From Camelus dromedarius (Eukaryota), in the NCBI RefSeq assembly GCF_036321535.1, contig NC_087472.1, positions 101,062,001-101,126,000 of the forward strand: 64,000 nucleotides of DNA. Direction: 5' to 3'. Below the pieces are notes generated by a model. It saw only the letters and a program-made list of their open reading frames with translations, made no database searches and was not told the DNA's origin. Numbering within the stretch: the first letter of the stretch is position 1; each line of letters starts with the position of its first letter. A program made the translations under genes and the position numbers. Below are positions 38,061 to 51,586 of the stretch, one piece after another.

Positions 38061-39657
38061 CCATGCATCAAGGAGTTTTTATTGTACTAGAATATAATAT
38101 TTTAGGGGAGTATTTGAAGCTATGGCTCAAATTTTTGTGTCTCAATGTTTATTAATATCAAATATCAAAATTCTTGAATCAAATATTGACTTCATTACAT
38201 TTGCCATGTTCCATAAGGTAATGTTTTATTTGTTACAACTTAATTCTTTATATAAAATAATGCTTGTTTTGTAGTTGTAACATTGGCTTGCAGGTTGAAA
38301 ATATTTTTCATTCATTTAATAAGTATTTTTTGAAAACCTCCTATACTCCTAGGTTCTATCTTAAACTAACCTGGTACAGGAATTTTTAAACTCAGGTCTA
38401 GAGCTCAATCTATTTCCTTTTCTTCATGCCATATATTCAGAGATGGGGACCAGAACTGTGGAAATGAATAGATTGGTCAAGACGATGAAGATTTATTTGT
38501 ATTTAGCTACTAGGAAGGGGTCATTACTGACCTTGGAAAGAATTTCTTTAAAGTGGTTGGGGGAAGAAAATCTTATTATAAGGAAACACAAAATAATAAG
38601 GAAATTGAAATATCAAGTAAAGGTGATTCTTCTTGGTATCTTAATAGTGAGTAGAAGGAGGATTCATGCAAGGGCTTGGAAGTACCAGAAACTAGGGGAG
38701 GAAACTTCAAAATAAGGGATATGTGAGGGTTGTAACAGAGAGCAAGGAGTTGAGAATCGAGTGATTAAATACCATGAAGAGAGAGGAGATAATTGAAACT
38801 ATAATATCCCAGAGGAACCAAAAAGATAGTTATTAAGACATAAGTAAAAGGGGATTAGGCTTAGAAGAGCAGAGTGAAAACTTCATTTGATACAAGAGAA
38901 AGAGATGAGAATGAATGAAAATAGAAGTATTTTAAGACAGAGAAGTGGGATGGTTATGATTACTCCCAAAAGATAGCCTTTAATCTTCTCATAAAGTAGA
39001 AAGTAATGTCATTTGCTGAGTGGAATAGGGTGAGAGGGAGATAGTAACATAAACAGGGAAAAACATTCTGCCATGGAAACATACTTGGAAATCAGTGAGT
39101 TGCAGCGGTGACACCCCAGGTGAGGTTAGTGTGGATGTTACAGTGATCGATAATATCATAATGTTCTATAGCAGGAGTTGGCAAACAACAACCCAAGGGC
39201 CACATTCAGCCTGGCCTCTTAAAGATGAAGCAGGAGCTGTCAGTAGCTGCTTTGCTATGTTTTTCTGTATTAATGGGCAAAATGATTCCTGTATATGGCA
39301 TAGTTGGATAGTATTTTCTGAAGGGCATACTCTTCCCTCTGCTAAGAATTGAAAATATGAGAAGCAGACAAAAAGCAAATGGCTAGAAATTTTCACTGAA
39401 CTAAATAAGTTTGAAGTTACTGGTTCCTATTATAAAAGCCTCTGTTTTTCCTGGAGAATCAGACTATTTCCTGATAATCTGAAACCTTAAATACCTTAAA
39501 CTTGATTTTAAATGGTACCTTTAAGTGGTTTTCAGTGAATAACCTTTGGAATATTTTAAAAGATTGAGTTAAATTTCTCTTAAGTTCTAAGAAGAATATA
39601 CCTTAATTATGTTATTTATTTTAATTTTCCTTTTGTGTTGTGTCTTTTTTTCTTCAG

Positions 39658-39875
39658 TTCCCATTGCAAAAAATACAGCAAAAACACAGCCTTCTCCTTC
39701 CAAAGCAACCCAGCGTTCAATGCAGTCTCCACAGAAAACTGCTATAATATTACCAACACAGCAGGTCAAGAAATCAGGTCGGGCTAAACCACTTGGACAT
39801 ACTTCAGCCCCTAAGAAGGGAAGCTCTGTTAAAAATATCATACCAAGGAAAAAAGGCACAAACTCTGGAAGAAAG
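39658..39875 (+). CDS. SCML2: SCML2 exon, basic RNA-binding region (VPIAKNTAKTQPSPSK...KNIIPRKKGTNSGRK)
   Basis: Long polypyrimidine tract plus cag| acceptor, and aag|gttagt donor. 218 nt, phase 1 to 0, in frame with the previous exon. K/R-rich peptide collinear with SCML2. Confidence 0.94.
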
Positions 39876-40149
39876 GTTAGTTGTACCTCTTACTAATTTG
39901 TATCATAGGTCTGTGCAGTGCCTGATTATTAAACATGCAGTTTAGAATTTACTAAAAGTATGATAAAGCCTTTTAGGAATGTACCAAGACTGTATAAGAC
40001 TTTTTAAAGGGCCTACATAGCCATCAAGATACTTGTTTCTTAGATGAACTTAAAACTGAATGCAGTGTTCAACTCCTTCAAAACCACATTGAAAATACTG
40101 CATGGATGTATTTATTTTCAGACCAGTTTATTTGAAACTCAGTATACTT

Positions 40150-41065
40150 TAAAAAATCAATGCAAAGTGAATTTTACTGTACATAAATTAAACCTCAATA
40201 AAACAGGGGGAAGGGGAAAATAAATGTGATAAATTCAGTGATGCTAGAGTCACATCCTACCTACCTGACTCCCCCAAAGAAAACAACTCTAAGACCTGGA
40301 GGTAATAGGAAAAGCAGTTACCTGAAGACACTGGAGAGTGAATGGAAGCAAACAGACTCTGGTTGGGGGGGAATACACACAGGAGGAGGTATGTTATACA
40401 GAATTCTATATCCAGCAAAAATACTCTTCAAGAATGAAGGTGAGCTAAAGACATTGTCAGATAAAAGCATAAAAAATTCATCACTGGCAGACAAACACTA
40501 TAAGAAATGCTGAAGGAGGTTTATCTCTGGGTAAATGCATGTGACTTTCTTTTTGTTTCTTCTTTTTAATTTCTTTATAAAGTATGACTTTATCTTGTGG
40601 AGTTTATAACATACATAAACATAATACATAAAATAATGATAGTATAAAGACTTGGGGTGGGGGATATGGATTTGTATCACTGCAAGGTTTCAATATTTTT
40701 TGTTAAGCAGTACAATATTAACTTTATGTGGATTGTACATTGTAATTCCCAGGGCACGGTATGAAAACACAAATGTCAAGAAATAAAGCTAAAAAGCCAA
40801 TAGGAAAATTAAAGTGGAATTCTGTGGACTATTCAAGTAATCAAAAAAAAAAAAAAAAGATAGGAACAGAGGAATGGAGGAACAAAATACAGAGGAAACA
40901 GACAAAAAACAAATAATAAATGGTAGACCCAGGCCCAAATTTGTTAACAATTACTTTAAAAGTTAGTGCACTAAACTCTTCAATTAAAAGACAAAGATAA
41001 TCGAAATGGATTTTTCAAAAGATCCAAATACATCCTGTTTACAAGAGATAAATTCTAAAGACATA
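40150..41065 (+). mobile_element. Ancient L1M fragments (5' region, ORF1 end, ORF2 start)
   Basis: RILYPAKILFKNEGELKT peptide from the ORF1 CTD and a degenerate endonuclease start near 40920-41060. Confidence 0.7.
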
Positions 41066-41587
41066 CAAATTTTCTAAATCTATTAGAACTGAATTAAATT
41101 TCAGCAGTATTACCTTAAACATTTCTGAGTTCAACCATCTGATATCAATATATATAACACTTCTATTTTGTTTCAACTAATGTTTGTGGTATGGAGTAAA
41201 ATGACAACACCATTTTGATTTTTAAAAACTTACATAAATATTGGTATTTTTTAAAAAACATTCAAAATTTAGGAAATAAAAATCAAAAGTCAATAAAACT
41301 GAATGTATTTCAAATATAAAATCATAAACATTGAAAAAATCAAATAAGCAGGTTTCTAATGTAAATTCTTAGCAGATGAAATTTTTCAAATTAAAAATAA
41401 ATTACAGGAAGTTTTTAAAAGTTAATGAAATTTAAAGGCAAATAATATTTAAATGCATTTTAAAAATTAAAATGTATCGAGATCATTGATGCATATATTT
41501 AATGCATATTTTCCAACTGCTGAAAAAAAGTCTTTGTGATTAGTTGGTATATGGTGAAGATATGATAGCTTCAAAAAGTTTCTCTTG

Positions 41588-41708
41588 GGTATAGGGTATA
41601 GCTCAGTGGTAGAGTTCATGACTAGCATGCATGAGGTCCTGGTTCGATCCCCAGTACCTCCATTAAAAATAAATTTAAAAAAAAACCTAATTATCCCCTC
41701 AACCAAAG
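41588..41708 (+). mobile_element. tRNA-derived SINE
   Basis: A and B boxes. TSD aagtttctcttg at 41576-41587 and 41709-41720. Confidence 0.88.
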
Positions 41709-42149
41709 AAGTTTCTCTTGACTCCTTTATTTTCAAATAATTCCAATGCTAATTTGACAATTTTGATGAGAGTTTTTTGAAAATACTGTTCTATGGTGGT
41801 GAGGAGGGGCAAGGAACAGATACTGTAATTTTTTTGATAATAAACTTTCTGGTTTCAAAGGAAGCATTTCAGTTTACTTTCATCTTCTTTAGCTTCATTA
41901 TTTCATCATAAAAAGATGAAGATTTAACTCTGAACTAGAGTAAGAATTGTTCTTGCAGTAGATTCTCTTTTGTCAGCTATAGATGTATGGAAGCACATTT
42001 ACCAAATAGATGTATCTTTATTCAATTTACAGTGTTAATGCAAACATAATATTTTGATAAGTCTTAAGTCAGGATTTAGATTTCAGATTTTTAAAATACT
42101 GAAAGAATGAGAATATATATTAACACAGTAATTATAATATAGTACTTTA

Positions 42150-42230
42150 TTATTTTTAATGGAATTACTGGGGATTGAACCCAGGACCACATGCATGCTA
42201 AGCATATGCTCTACCACTGTACCCAGCCCC
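42150..42230 (-). mobile_element. tRNA-derived SINE, short form
   Basis: Reverse complement of the same head (ctggggattgaacccaggacc...gctctaccact) with an imperfect TSD. Confidence 0.8.
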
Positions 42231-43035
42231 TTGTAATTTAATACTTTAAAAATAACATGATTTACTAGGATACTGTGAGCCCAAATGACAGTCATTAATT
42301 TATAAATAAAGAAAAATCTGAAAACACTGTTACTCTGTTTTTTTCTCCTTTGTCCTTGCCTGTTAAATATCTTCTATTACTACCTTTTCTAGGCACAAGA
42401 GTGCCTTCTCTGACATTGGAGAGTCATGTTTGAAGGCAGCTTCAAGAAAACCTCAAGAGTTGATATAAAATAAATGAAACACTAGTGATGTTTAGTAATT
42501 CCCAAAAGACATTTGGCTCTTACATATAACAGGCATAATCTTGTATGGACTTTAGCAAGCCACTTGTGATTTTGTGAGAATTATCGTATGCAATATGAAG
42601 AAATACAGGCTCGATAACAATAAACACCCAGATGAGTGACTGCTTTCCAAAGACAAATTCTGTCCTCTGCCTTGTTGAGGTCCCCCACTGTCATTTGATG
42701 AATTGCTGGATTAGGTTTCCAGACTACTTTAGTGTAAAAAAAACCTACAGGGAAAACTAAAAAAAATAAAACAAATTTTACAGAGCAAATTACTTTGTCT
42801 GAAGTGTGACTAGTTGGAGCAGGGTTAGCATTGGGAATTTCATCCTCTTGGTCTCTTCCTCTCCTCACTGACCAGCATATGGGCCCCTTTTAAGAGGACA
42901 GTTTGAAAATGAAAAGTATTGCAGTTTGTGACACAGGGGTTTCCAACCCTGAAGACTTCCGACAGCTGATAATTTGTGAACCAGTGATGCCAATACTTCT
43001 CTGACCTCCTTATCTAGGATTTTTTTTTTAAACAG

Positions 43036-43159
43036 GAAAAATGTATTCCTGTTATGTGTTCCACATCTTCAACTTCTTTAAGTGCGCTAGCCAGAGAACA
43101 TGGTGGCGTTTCATATAAGGATGCTGTTCCTGAGTCATCTAAAATAGTGATGTCCACAG
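43036..43159 (+). CDS. SCML2: SCML2 exon (EKCIPVMCSTSSTSL...SKIVMST)
   Basis: T-run plus aaacag| acceptor, and cag|gtaaat donor. 124 nt, phase 0 to 1. Confidence 0.92.
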
Positions 43160-44941
43160 GTAAATTAGTATTTTTAAAGGAGTATAAAATTATCTTTTGT
43201 TGTATTTTCAGTGTCTTTGAAGTCCTGGAAATAAGAGGAGAAAAAGATGATAATAGTAATAAACATTTATCATTTTTCATATTAAAGTATTTTGAAATTT
43301 TGATTGTTCATTTAGGTGTTAAGGAAAAACAATGTTTAAATACATGAGTCACTTGAAAATTCAATACCCTTAAGGTATTTTATCCATCTTGGTAAGATTT
43401 ATAAAATTTACATTATTGTCAAATCTATTCTTCTTTTCCCTTTATCTCATTTCACAATTTGTCTTTTTGTCTTGTATTTTTAAAGCTACCTCAAACCATT
43501 TTTTAATGCCTGTTAAGATTTTTACAGATTCTTGCCTGTCAAGGGGCATGATGACTTTAAATTGTTCTTTGCTGTTTGAAGAGTGTGAAATGATACAGAC
43601 CCAGACTAATCAATCCCTTTTGTTTGTCATCTCCTGCAAATTTCCTTATTCCTTTCTTATTTTTTTGAAGCATGTTTCATTACTTCCTCTCCTAGATCCT
43701 TAATTATCTTTCGTATATTCTTCTGTTCCCTGGACTTTTTTCCATTGATTTTTCTTTTCTTAGTAAAAAGAAATTAAAATTTAATTTTCTGAAATAGAAA
43801 TCACTTTAAAAATGATTATTGTAACATATGCCATTTTGTCACTTTATTATTTCTGATTTTTAGTCCATTAGCAGGAGAGACTACCTAAATGAGTATACTG
43901 CAAAGGAGATAAAACATTAGAATCCTTGTTTAGCTTCACTTGAACAAGTAGAACTTTGTCCATGCCATCAGTGCCTCAGGTTAAGTTTTTAATAGCTGTT
44001 TCATTTCTGTGACAGAGTCCATCCTTCCTCTGGCTATTGCCTCAAAGTTGAATTATCATATTTCAACATAGTGAAAGTGAGATTAATGGGTTTTTATTAT
44101 ACTAAATATAAACTATATATATATGAAAATTTTGCAATAAATTAAGTAATGGATAAAAATAATGTGCCTGTTGATTTAGGGGGACAATATATTTTGTTTG
44201 GTAATAATCATATTATTATTACATTGTATGTTAATTTGTATTTGTTGATTCTGAGTGAAGAAAAATTATGGAAACTGGACTGATTGTGATTATAGATGAT
44301 TTGCCTCTAAATTCTAAATGCTTTTATTATACTAAGGAAAGCACTTATTTAAAGATTTTCTTCAGTGAACCTCAGCATGTATATAAAGAATGTTTTTATT
44401 AAAATTAATAAAAAAATTTTCTCTAGGTCATTAGTACTTACTGTGACACACATCTTAAATTATTTGCTTACTTTAGAAAATACTGTTTAATGAATTGTTG
44501 ATTCAAAATAAGTTCAGTCCAAAAGGAGTGTGCTACATGACCAGTTTTGAAAGAAAATTACCGTACTGTGATTCCAGTTAAAAGGTGAAAACATTCATCT
44601 GTCTTTAAGCCATTTTATATATTATGGGAATGTGTGAAGAATTGTTTTGTGATGCTACTAAAACTTCTATTGTTTTTATTATAGTCGGTTTGGGCAGAAT
44701 TCTAGAAAATTGAATAAGCATTTGAATTATTTCTTTCTAGGTTTAATATATTTATAAAATGTGAAAATATATTTACATACATATTTTTAGCTAGCAGAAA
44801 TGATCATTGATATTAACTGTTTAGTTTCTCTTTGAGTGAAGCATGGCTAACGGGATATATAGTGATTGATTATGTAGTGTTTATGTTCCTTTTAACCAAT
44901 CTCATTGTTTGTTATATCTGTATATACATGTTTTTCTCAAG

Positions 44942-45145
44942 TCTGTGTCTATATAAACAAACATGGAAACTGTGGCCCTCACCTGGATCAGAAGAAAATC
45001 CAGCAGCTGCCTGATCACTTTGGCCCGGGCCCCGTGAATGTGGTTCTCCGGCGGACCGTACAGGCCTGCGTGGATTGTGCCATTCAAAGTAAGACTGTTT
45101 TTGGATTCCTTAAGCCAGATCATCGTGGAGGAGAAGTGATAACTG
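44942..45145 (+). CDS. SCML2: SCML2 exon, SLED/DUF3588 domain N-terminal half (VCVYINKHGNCGPHLD...LPDHFGPGPVNVVL...QACVDCA)
   Basis: ttctcaag| acceptor and ctg|gtatgt donor. 204 nt, phase 1 to 1. Contains the Scm-family SLED motif LPDHFGPG. Confidence 0.96.
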
Positions 45146-45888
45146 GTATGTTCATCTAATCCTTTATTATCTTTTTTCCCCCCAAATTTGATTTTAGGTT
45201 TCGAGAAGGCAAGGATTTTATAATACATAGATTATTTTATAAATTTATATTCTATTAACCATAATATTGGATTATTTAGTATATTAATATGATAGACTAC
45301 TTATAATAATTATATGTTTATAGACTTTTAACCCTGGTTTGGAAAGTTTAACTTTGAAAATTGGTAAATAATGTCAGAGTAGTATTGTAAATTGAGGTAA
45401 AAGGTACAGATTTTTCCTTTCACATGCTACAGTAAGCTCACTATAGATAAAGTACCTTAGTTGATAATATATTTTAATTTTTTTAGAACACAGACTGAGC
45501 TATAAGAATCTCTAAAAGAAAATGTGATTCAAAAAGTGATTGAGAGATAAGATACATCTAGCTTTCATGATTGTGTGATCAAATAGATACTGCATTTGTA
45601 CCCATGGAATGTTTAGAAGAACAGGAAGTATTGTTACAGATGAGTGGGTGTCTGTATCTATTTTGTTGTTTCCTTACTGATATTTTTAAATGAGAATGCT
45701 TTTATCAACACAGGCTGTTGTGTTTGAATGAGAGGAACTTTTATAATTTAAGATTATTCCTTTGTAAATTATAGAAACTACAAATTAAACTTACATTACA
45801 TTTCCTAAAATGATGGCTTTTTTGGGTTGATATTGTGGTTCTCATCTTTCTATCCTGTAACTCTGACATCTCTTTTTCCATATAATAG

Positions 45889-46071
45889 CCTCCTTTGATG
45901 GGGAAACTCATTCCATCCAGCTCCCACCAGTGAACAGTGCATCATTTGCTCTTCGCTTTCTTGAGAACTTGTGCCACAGCCTGCAGTGTGATAACCTTTT
46001 GAGTAGCCAGCCTTTTAGCTCTTACAGAGGTAATAATAATAGTCCTACAGAGCATGATCAAAATAACTCAG
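45889..46071 (+). CDS. SCML2: SCML2 exon, SLED C-terminal half (ASFDGETHSIQLPPVNSASFALRFLENLCHSLQCDNLLSSQPFS...)
   Basis: taatag| acceptor and cag|gtaaga donor. 183 nt, phase 1 to 1. Confidence 0.96.
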
Positions 46072-46244
46072 GTAAGAGAAAATGTAAAATTGTATACTGT
46101 GCTTCTGTTTTATATTACATTCTATATTAACTTGAGAATCTTCTGTAATTCACTGTTTCCTTATGTCCTCCTCAAAGTAAACCTTTTAGCCACAATGAAC
46201 TAATCAGACATGTATGATATATGAACTTGAAAATGAAAACCTCA

Positions 46245-49200
46245 GAGGTATATCATTGTGATTTGATTTGCATTTCCCTTATGGCTGATGTCGTTGAGCA
46301 TCTTTCATGTGCTGTTGGCTATTTGTACATCATCTTTGGAGAAATGTATATTCAAATCCTTTGCCCATTTTAATTGGGTTATTTGTCTTTATTATACAGA
46401 AATATATATTATATATGTATATATTACATTTTATATTTATATTTATTATATATAAATATAATATATAAGGAATTCTTTATATTTGGGGGATAAAAGTTTC
46501 ATATCAGATATATACCTTACATATATTTTCTGCCATTCTGTGAGTTGTCTTTTCACTTTCTTAATGGTGTCCTTTGAAGCACAAAAATTTTTAATTGATG
46601 AAGTCCAATTTATCTATTTTTTTTTTCTTGTACTTTTGTTGTCATATGTAAGAAAACAACATATACAAGTTCATAAATATTTATTCCAATATTTTGTCCT
46701 AAGAATTTTATAGTTTTAGCTGTTATATTTAGGTCAGTGATCTATTTCAAATTAATTTTTCTTTATGTTGTAAGATATAGGGGTCCAATTTCATTCTTTC
46801 ACAGGTGGATATCTAGTTTTCACAGCACTGTTTGTTGAAAGATGGCTTTTTCGCTACTGATTTGTCTTGGCACCCTTATCAAAACTGAATTGACTGCAAA
46901 TATATGGGTTTATTTCAGAATTTTCAGTTCTATTTCATTGATCTGTATGTCTATCCTCATGGCAGTACTGTACTATCTTGACTACTGTAGCTTTTTGTAG
47001 CAACTTTTGAAATTGGGAAGGATGAATATTCCAACTTTGTTCTCCCATTTTGAAGATTGTTTTGACTGTTTTGAGTCCCTTGCGTTTCTATATGAATTTT
47101 AGGATCAGCCTCTGAGTTTCAGGTGTTGTTTTTTTTCCCCACAGCAAAGAAGACAGCTGGGATTGTGCTGATTCTGCAGATTAGTTTGGGGATTATTGTC
47201 ATCTTAATATTAAGTCTTTCAGTCCATAAACATGGGATGTCTTTCGTTTTATTTAGGTCTTTAATTTATTTCAACAATGTTTTATAGTTTCAGAGAGCAC
47301 ATGTGGCACTTCTTTTGTTAAATTCATCCTTAAGTATTTCATTCTTCATGCTATTATAAATGGAATTATTTTCTTAATTTAATTTTTGGATTGTTTCATT
47401 AAAGTCTGTTTTCTCTGATATTACTATAGACTTTTCAGTCCTATTTTAAGTACTATTTGTATGATATATTTTTTCTTACCCTTATACTTTGAACCTACTT
47501 CTGTGTTTGAATTTAAGATGTGTCTCTTATAGTAAGTCTGTAACTGGAACTTTTTAAAAAGTCCATACTGCCGATCTAATTTTTTACTGGAGTGTTTATT
47601 TCATGGATATTTAATATAATTACTGATAAGGTAGGATTTACATCTACCATTTGATACCTGTTTTCTGTATGTCTTTTTTTAATCTTTTTTTTCTTCATTA
47701 CTGCCTTCTTTTGTTCTAAATAGATGTTTTCTTATATGCCATTTTAATTCCCTTGTTATTTTTACTAAATATTTTTATTTATTTTCAAATTTTTCTTGAG
47801 TTGCTTTGGGGATTACAGTTAACATCTTAATTTAAAACTACCTAGTTTGGATTAATACCAGCTCAATTTTAATATTATGCAAAAACTTTGCTCCAGTATA
47901 AATTTATTTCCTGTCCCTTATTTGTGCAATTATTGTTATACAAATTACATTTTATACATTATAAGCCCCCAAATACAATTTTATAATTATTCCTTTATGT
48001 AGTTGTTTCTTATTTATTTTTTAAATTTTTTTCTTTTTTCAGTTTTATTATGTAGAATTATTACAATTTGACTGCACATATTATATTGCATGTAAATACA
48101 TATATATAGTATACTGCACATTTTTTTAGTTCACATATATGTACTAATTATTGTTTCTAAGTGTATTTTTTTAAATGAAAAGGGAGAAGAAAAGAGTTAT
48201 CAATACAAATATGTTTACTGGTACTCTTTTTTTTTTTTTTTTTTTTTTTTGGTAATGTGGATTTAAATTACTTGCTACATTTCAACTTGAAGGAGTCTCT
48301 TTAGTGTTTCTTACAAGGTAGCTCTGCATGTGAGAAATTGTCGGTTTTTATTTATAGAGAATTTCCTATTTTCTCTTTCATCTTTTAAAGGTTAGTTTTC
48401 CTACATAGAGAATTCTTGATTGACCATCTTTTTGTTTCAAAGCTTTTAATGTGGCATCCCACTTCCTTCTAGCCTCTGTAGTTTCTGGTAAAAAGTCAGT
48501 TGCTAATCTTATTGAGGATCCTTTGTATGTGATGATTTGCTTTTCTTTTGATCATTTTGTGATTTTGTCTTTTGCTTTTGATGGTTTGACTGTGTTTTTT
48601 CTAGGTGTGGATATCTTTGTGTTTTTCCTATCTGAAATTTTTGAGCTTTTTGGATTATGCAGATTAATGTTTTTCATTAAATTTGGAAAGCTTTAGACAT
48701 TGTTTTTTCATATGTTCTTTCTGCCCCTTTCTCTCCTCTCCTTCCAGGACTCTCCCATTATGTGTATTTTGGTAGCCTTGGTGGTGTCTCACAGGTCTCT
48801 GAGGTCTGTTCATTTTTTCTTACTCTTTTTTTTTTTTCTGTTCCTCAGACTATGTAATCTCAATTGACCTTTTAAAAATTTAGTGATTCTTTCCTCTGCT
48901 AATTCAAAGCTGATGTTGAGCCCTTCTAGTGCTTTTTTTCTTTTAAATTTCATTAATTACACTTTTCAAGTCCTGAATTTCTATTTGGTTCTTTTTTATA
49001 ATTTTTATTGCTTTATTGATAGTGTGAGACATTGTTCTTATACTTTGCTTTAGTTCTTCAGGCATGATTTTCTTTTAAAGTTTTTTGAACATGTGTAAAA
49101 TAGCTGACGGAAGTCTTTGCCTAGTAAGTCCAGTGCCTGGGCTTCCTTAGAGGCAATTTCTCTTGACTTTTTTTCCCTATGTATGGGTCATACTTTTCGT

Positions 49201-50290
49201 TTCTTTGTAGGTCTCCTAAATTTTTAATTGAAATTTTAAAATAATGCAGCCAGTCCGAAAATCAAATTCCTTCCCCTTTTCTAGGGTTTGTTGTTGCTGG
49301 TGCTATTTGGTTTTTAGTGACTTTCCTGGACTAATTTGATAACTTCTCCTGGGCTAGTTTTATCATACATGGCTACTAAAGTCTGTTCAGTTAGCTTAAT
49401 GGTCAGCAGATGATTGGACAGGGATTTTCTTAAATGCCTTGGAACCAGTAGCCAAGGGGTTTTGTTTATGTGTTGGGACTTACCTTGAACACTCCAGGAG
49501 GCTCTTTACAAGTCTCCTTTGTGCAGAGCTTCAAGGTCAGCAAAAAAATGAAAGATTAGGGCCTTCTCAAGTCTTTCCTGAGCATTCATACAGCCATGTA
49601 CATACATATGGCCTTCTAGATTCCCAAGAGTGTCTCAGTGCTCTTCAAGTCCCCTAATGGACATCTCACTCTCTAGTTTTTCCTTTTAAGCTTTTTAGTC
49701 AGCTTCTTGTCAGCCCCAACTGGTAATACTGCCTCAGGGAGCTGCTGTGTAAACAACTGCCACTATTTTGGTTTTCTTTTTCTTTCTTTCTTTTTTTTTT
49801 TTTTTTTTCATTTTGTTTTGGTTTAGTTTTTGACCAGTGCTTTGGAGATAGGACTGTTTCTTACAGAACAAACTGATTCAGGTCAAATAAAACAAGCCTG
49901 GAGATCAGAGGCTTTCAGTGAGCTGCAAGATTGGTTGAATAGTGACAGTTCTCTGGGGATGGAGCTTTTGGAGAATTCCAAATCCATTGTGCCCCTCCGG
50001 TGCTAGGCTGCTGGCTTTCACAGCTACTGCACCTGTGAAGCTGTTGGTTTGCAAGGCTGCTTTGAAACTGAGGTGAAGGGACTGATATAGGGAAGCTAAA
50101 ATGCCACAGAATTTGCTGTTCTTTCTGAGATTCAGCCTTTTTTCCTGAATATATGCTTTTTGGATTATCATAAGCCTCTAATTGATGTCCAGAGTTTTGA
50201 GAAAGTTAATTTTGCCAGTGCTGTCATTATTTTTATGGAGGAGTGGATTTTCCTAAGTCCTTAATCAGTCATCCTGGAAATGCCTCTCTA
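46245..50290 (-). mobile_element. Old internally deleted L1M (ORF2 piece 46245-47400; ORF2 start, ORF1 and 5'UTR 47400-50290)
   Basis: Degenerate ORF2 phrases, an ORF1 stretch (cccacttccttctagcctctgtagtttctg) and an L1M-type 5' end. Confidence 0.78.
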
Positions 50291-51475
50291 TGATGACTTT
50301 TAAAGTACTTTGTAAATTATCTGGCTTTTTCTAGTTACCTCTGCAGGAACAGTTTTTATGCCTGAGCTCAGTACAATACCCAATTGCAGAAGTCAAGAAT
50401 TAATTTTGTGTTTGTATCAACCCCAGATAGTAGACCAGCTTCATAAGCTTTTCATAAAGAATTATAATATTACAAGTCAAAAATAAGTGAAGACTCTTTC
50501 TGATCTTACTATGATTCTGAGATAAACATCAACAGAAAACTATAGAAACTGTATACTTTAGTACTCAAATGTTCTTTATCATTAAGTGGGTATAAAAAAA
50601 GTCAGTTATTTCTTTTCTTAGAATTTAGCTGTTCTGATTGTAGAAATCTCTCTCATTCACTGAAATATATTTTGCCTGTTGGTTTTGTAGTTGATTAAAA
50701 ATAAAATCAAATGGTAAGAGCTCTCTTAGACTCATTAGTAATCAGTCAGTAACTGGATGGCTAAAGGTTATATCAGATTTTTTTTGAGAGGCATCCCTGG
50801 CCCCCAGCCATTTTAAACTAGATGAAGTTTGACTTTGGTACTTTCTCATTGCAATCTTTCTTATGTCTAGAGGCCTATTATCATACTTTATAGATTTCTG
50901 TTGTACTTTATTTTTCCTTTTAGTTGGATATTAAATTAAAATATTGATTGATACTTAGAATGTAATTAATAAATTGAGTTGTCTTTACTTTCAGGAGTAT
51001 GCCTTAAAGAGTGGTCCTTTAGGGAGAAATTCATTTGGTTGAATGATAAGTAAACAATAGAATTGTTGTAAGGCTAGCCCTAGGCCAGGATTATTGCCTA
51101 TAAAATGGAGTGTTCATTGCACCCCATCTTCTCTTTAACTTCTCTGAATTCTTATCTTTTCTTGCTTATGGGAGCAATTTTCCCAGACCTTTTTAGACCC
51201 ATTATAATTGGTTGCCTCACTGCTTCCTGAAATAATTAGAAAGATATGATAACTCTAGAATAAATGAAGCCTAGACATAATACTTTAAACTCTTGAATGT
51301 ATCACTGAAATATTTAGTAGGTTGAAATGAACACATCTTATTCATAAACAATCAAATAATTGATAAATTATTGATGAAGTTATAGTAGGCAAATGATTCA
51401 GAAATAAAAGTATTTTGATATGAAAATACTAAGTATATTAATTCGTTATAACAGACATCTTTTTTTTGAAAACAG

Positions 51476-51586
51476 AAAAAGAAGATATAACAGAAAAGAA
51501 AAGCACCAAACGACCTTCTCAGCAACCTCTGCCTTATGTTCCTCTCTCTCCTAAGCTTCCCAAAACAAAAGTGCATGCCTCTGAAG
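51476..51586 (+). CDS. SCML2: SCML2 exon (EKEDITEKKSTKRPSQQPLPYVPLSPKLPKTKVHASE), absent from the ORF track
   Basis: aaacag| acceptor and aag|gtaaat donor. 111 nt, phase 1 to 1. Translated by hand; contains the SCML2 PLSPKLPKTK motif. Confidence 0.92.

Noticed and set aside
41100..41520. Extremely AT-rich stretch as a matrix-attachment region
   Set aside because: Composition alone is not evidence, and it may be a decayed repeat.
51455..51475. In-frame upstream AG (51453-51454) that would add 7 codons
   Set aside because: No polypyrimidine tract precedes it; the T-run supports the AG ending at 51475.
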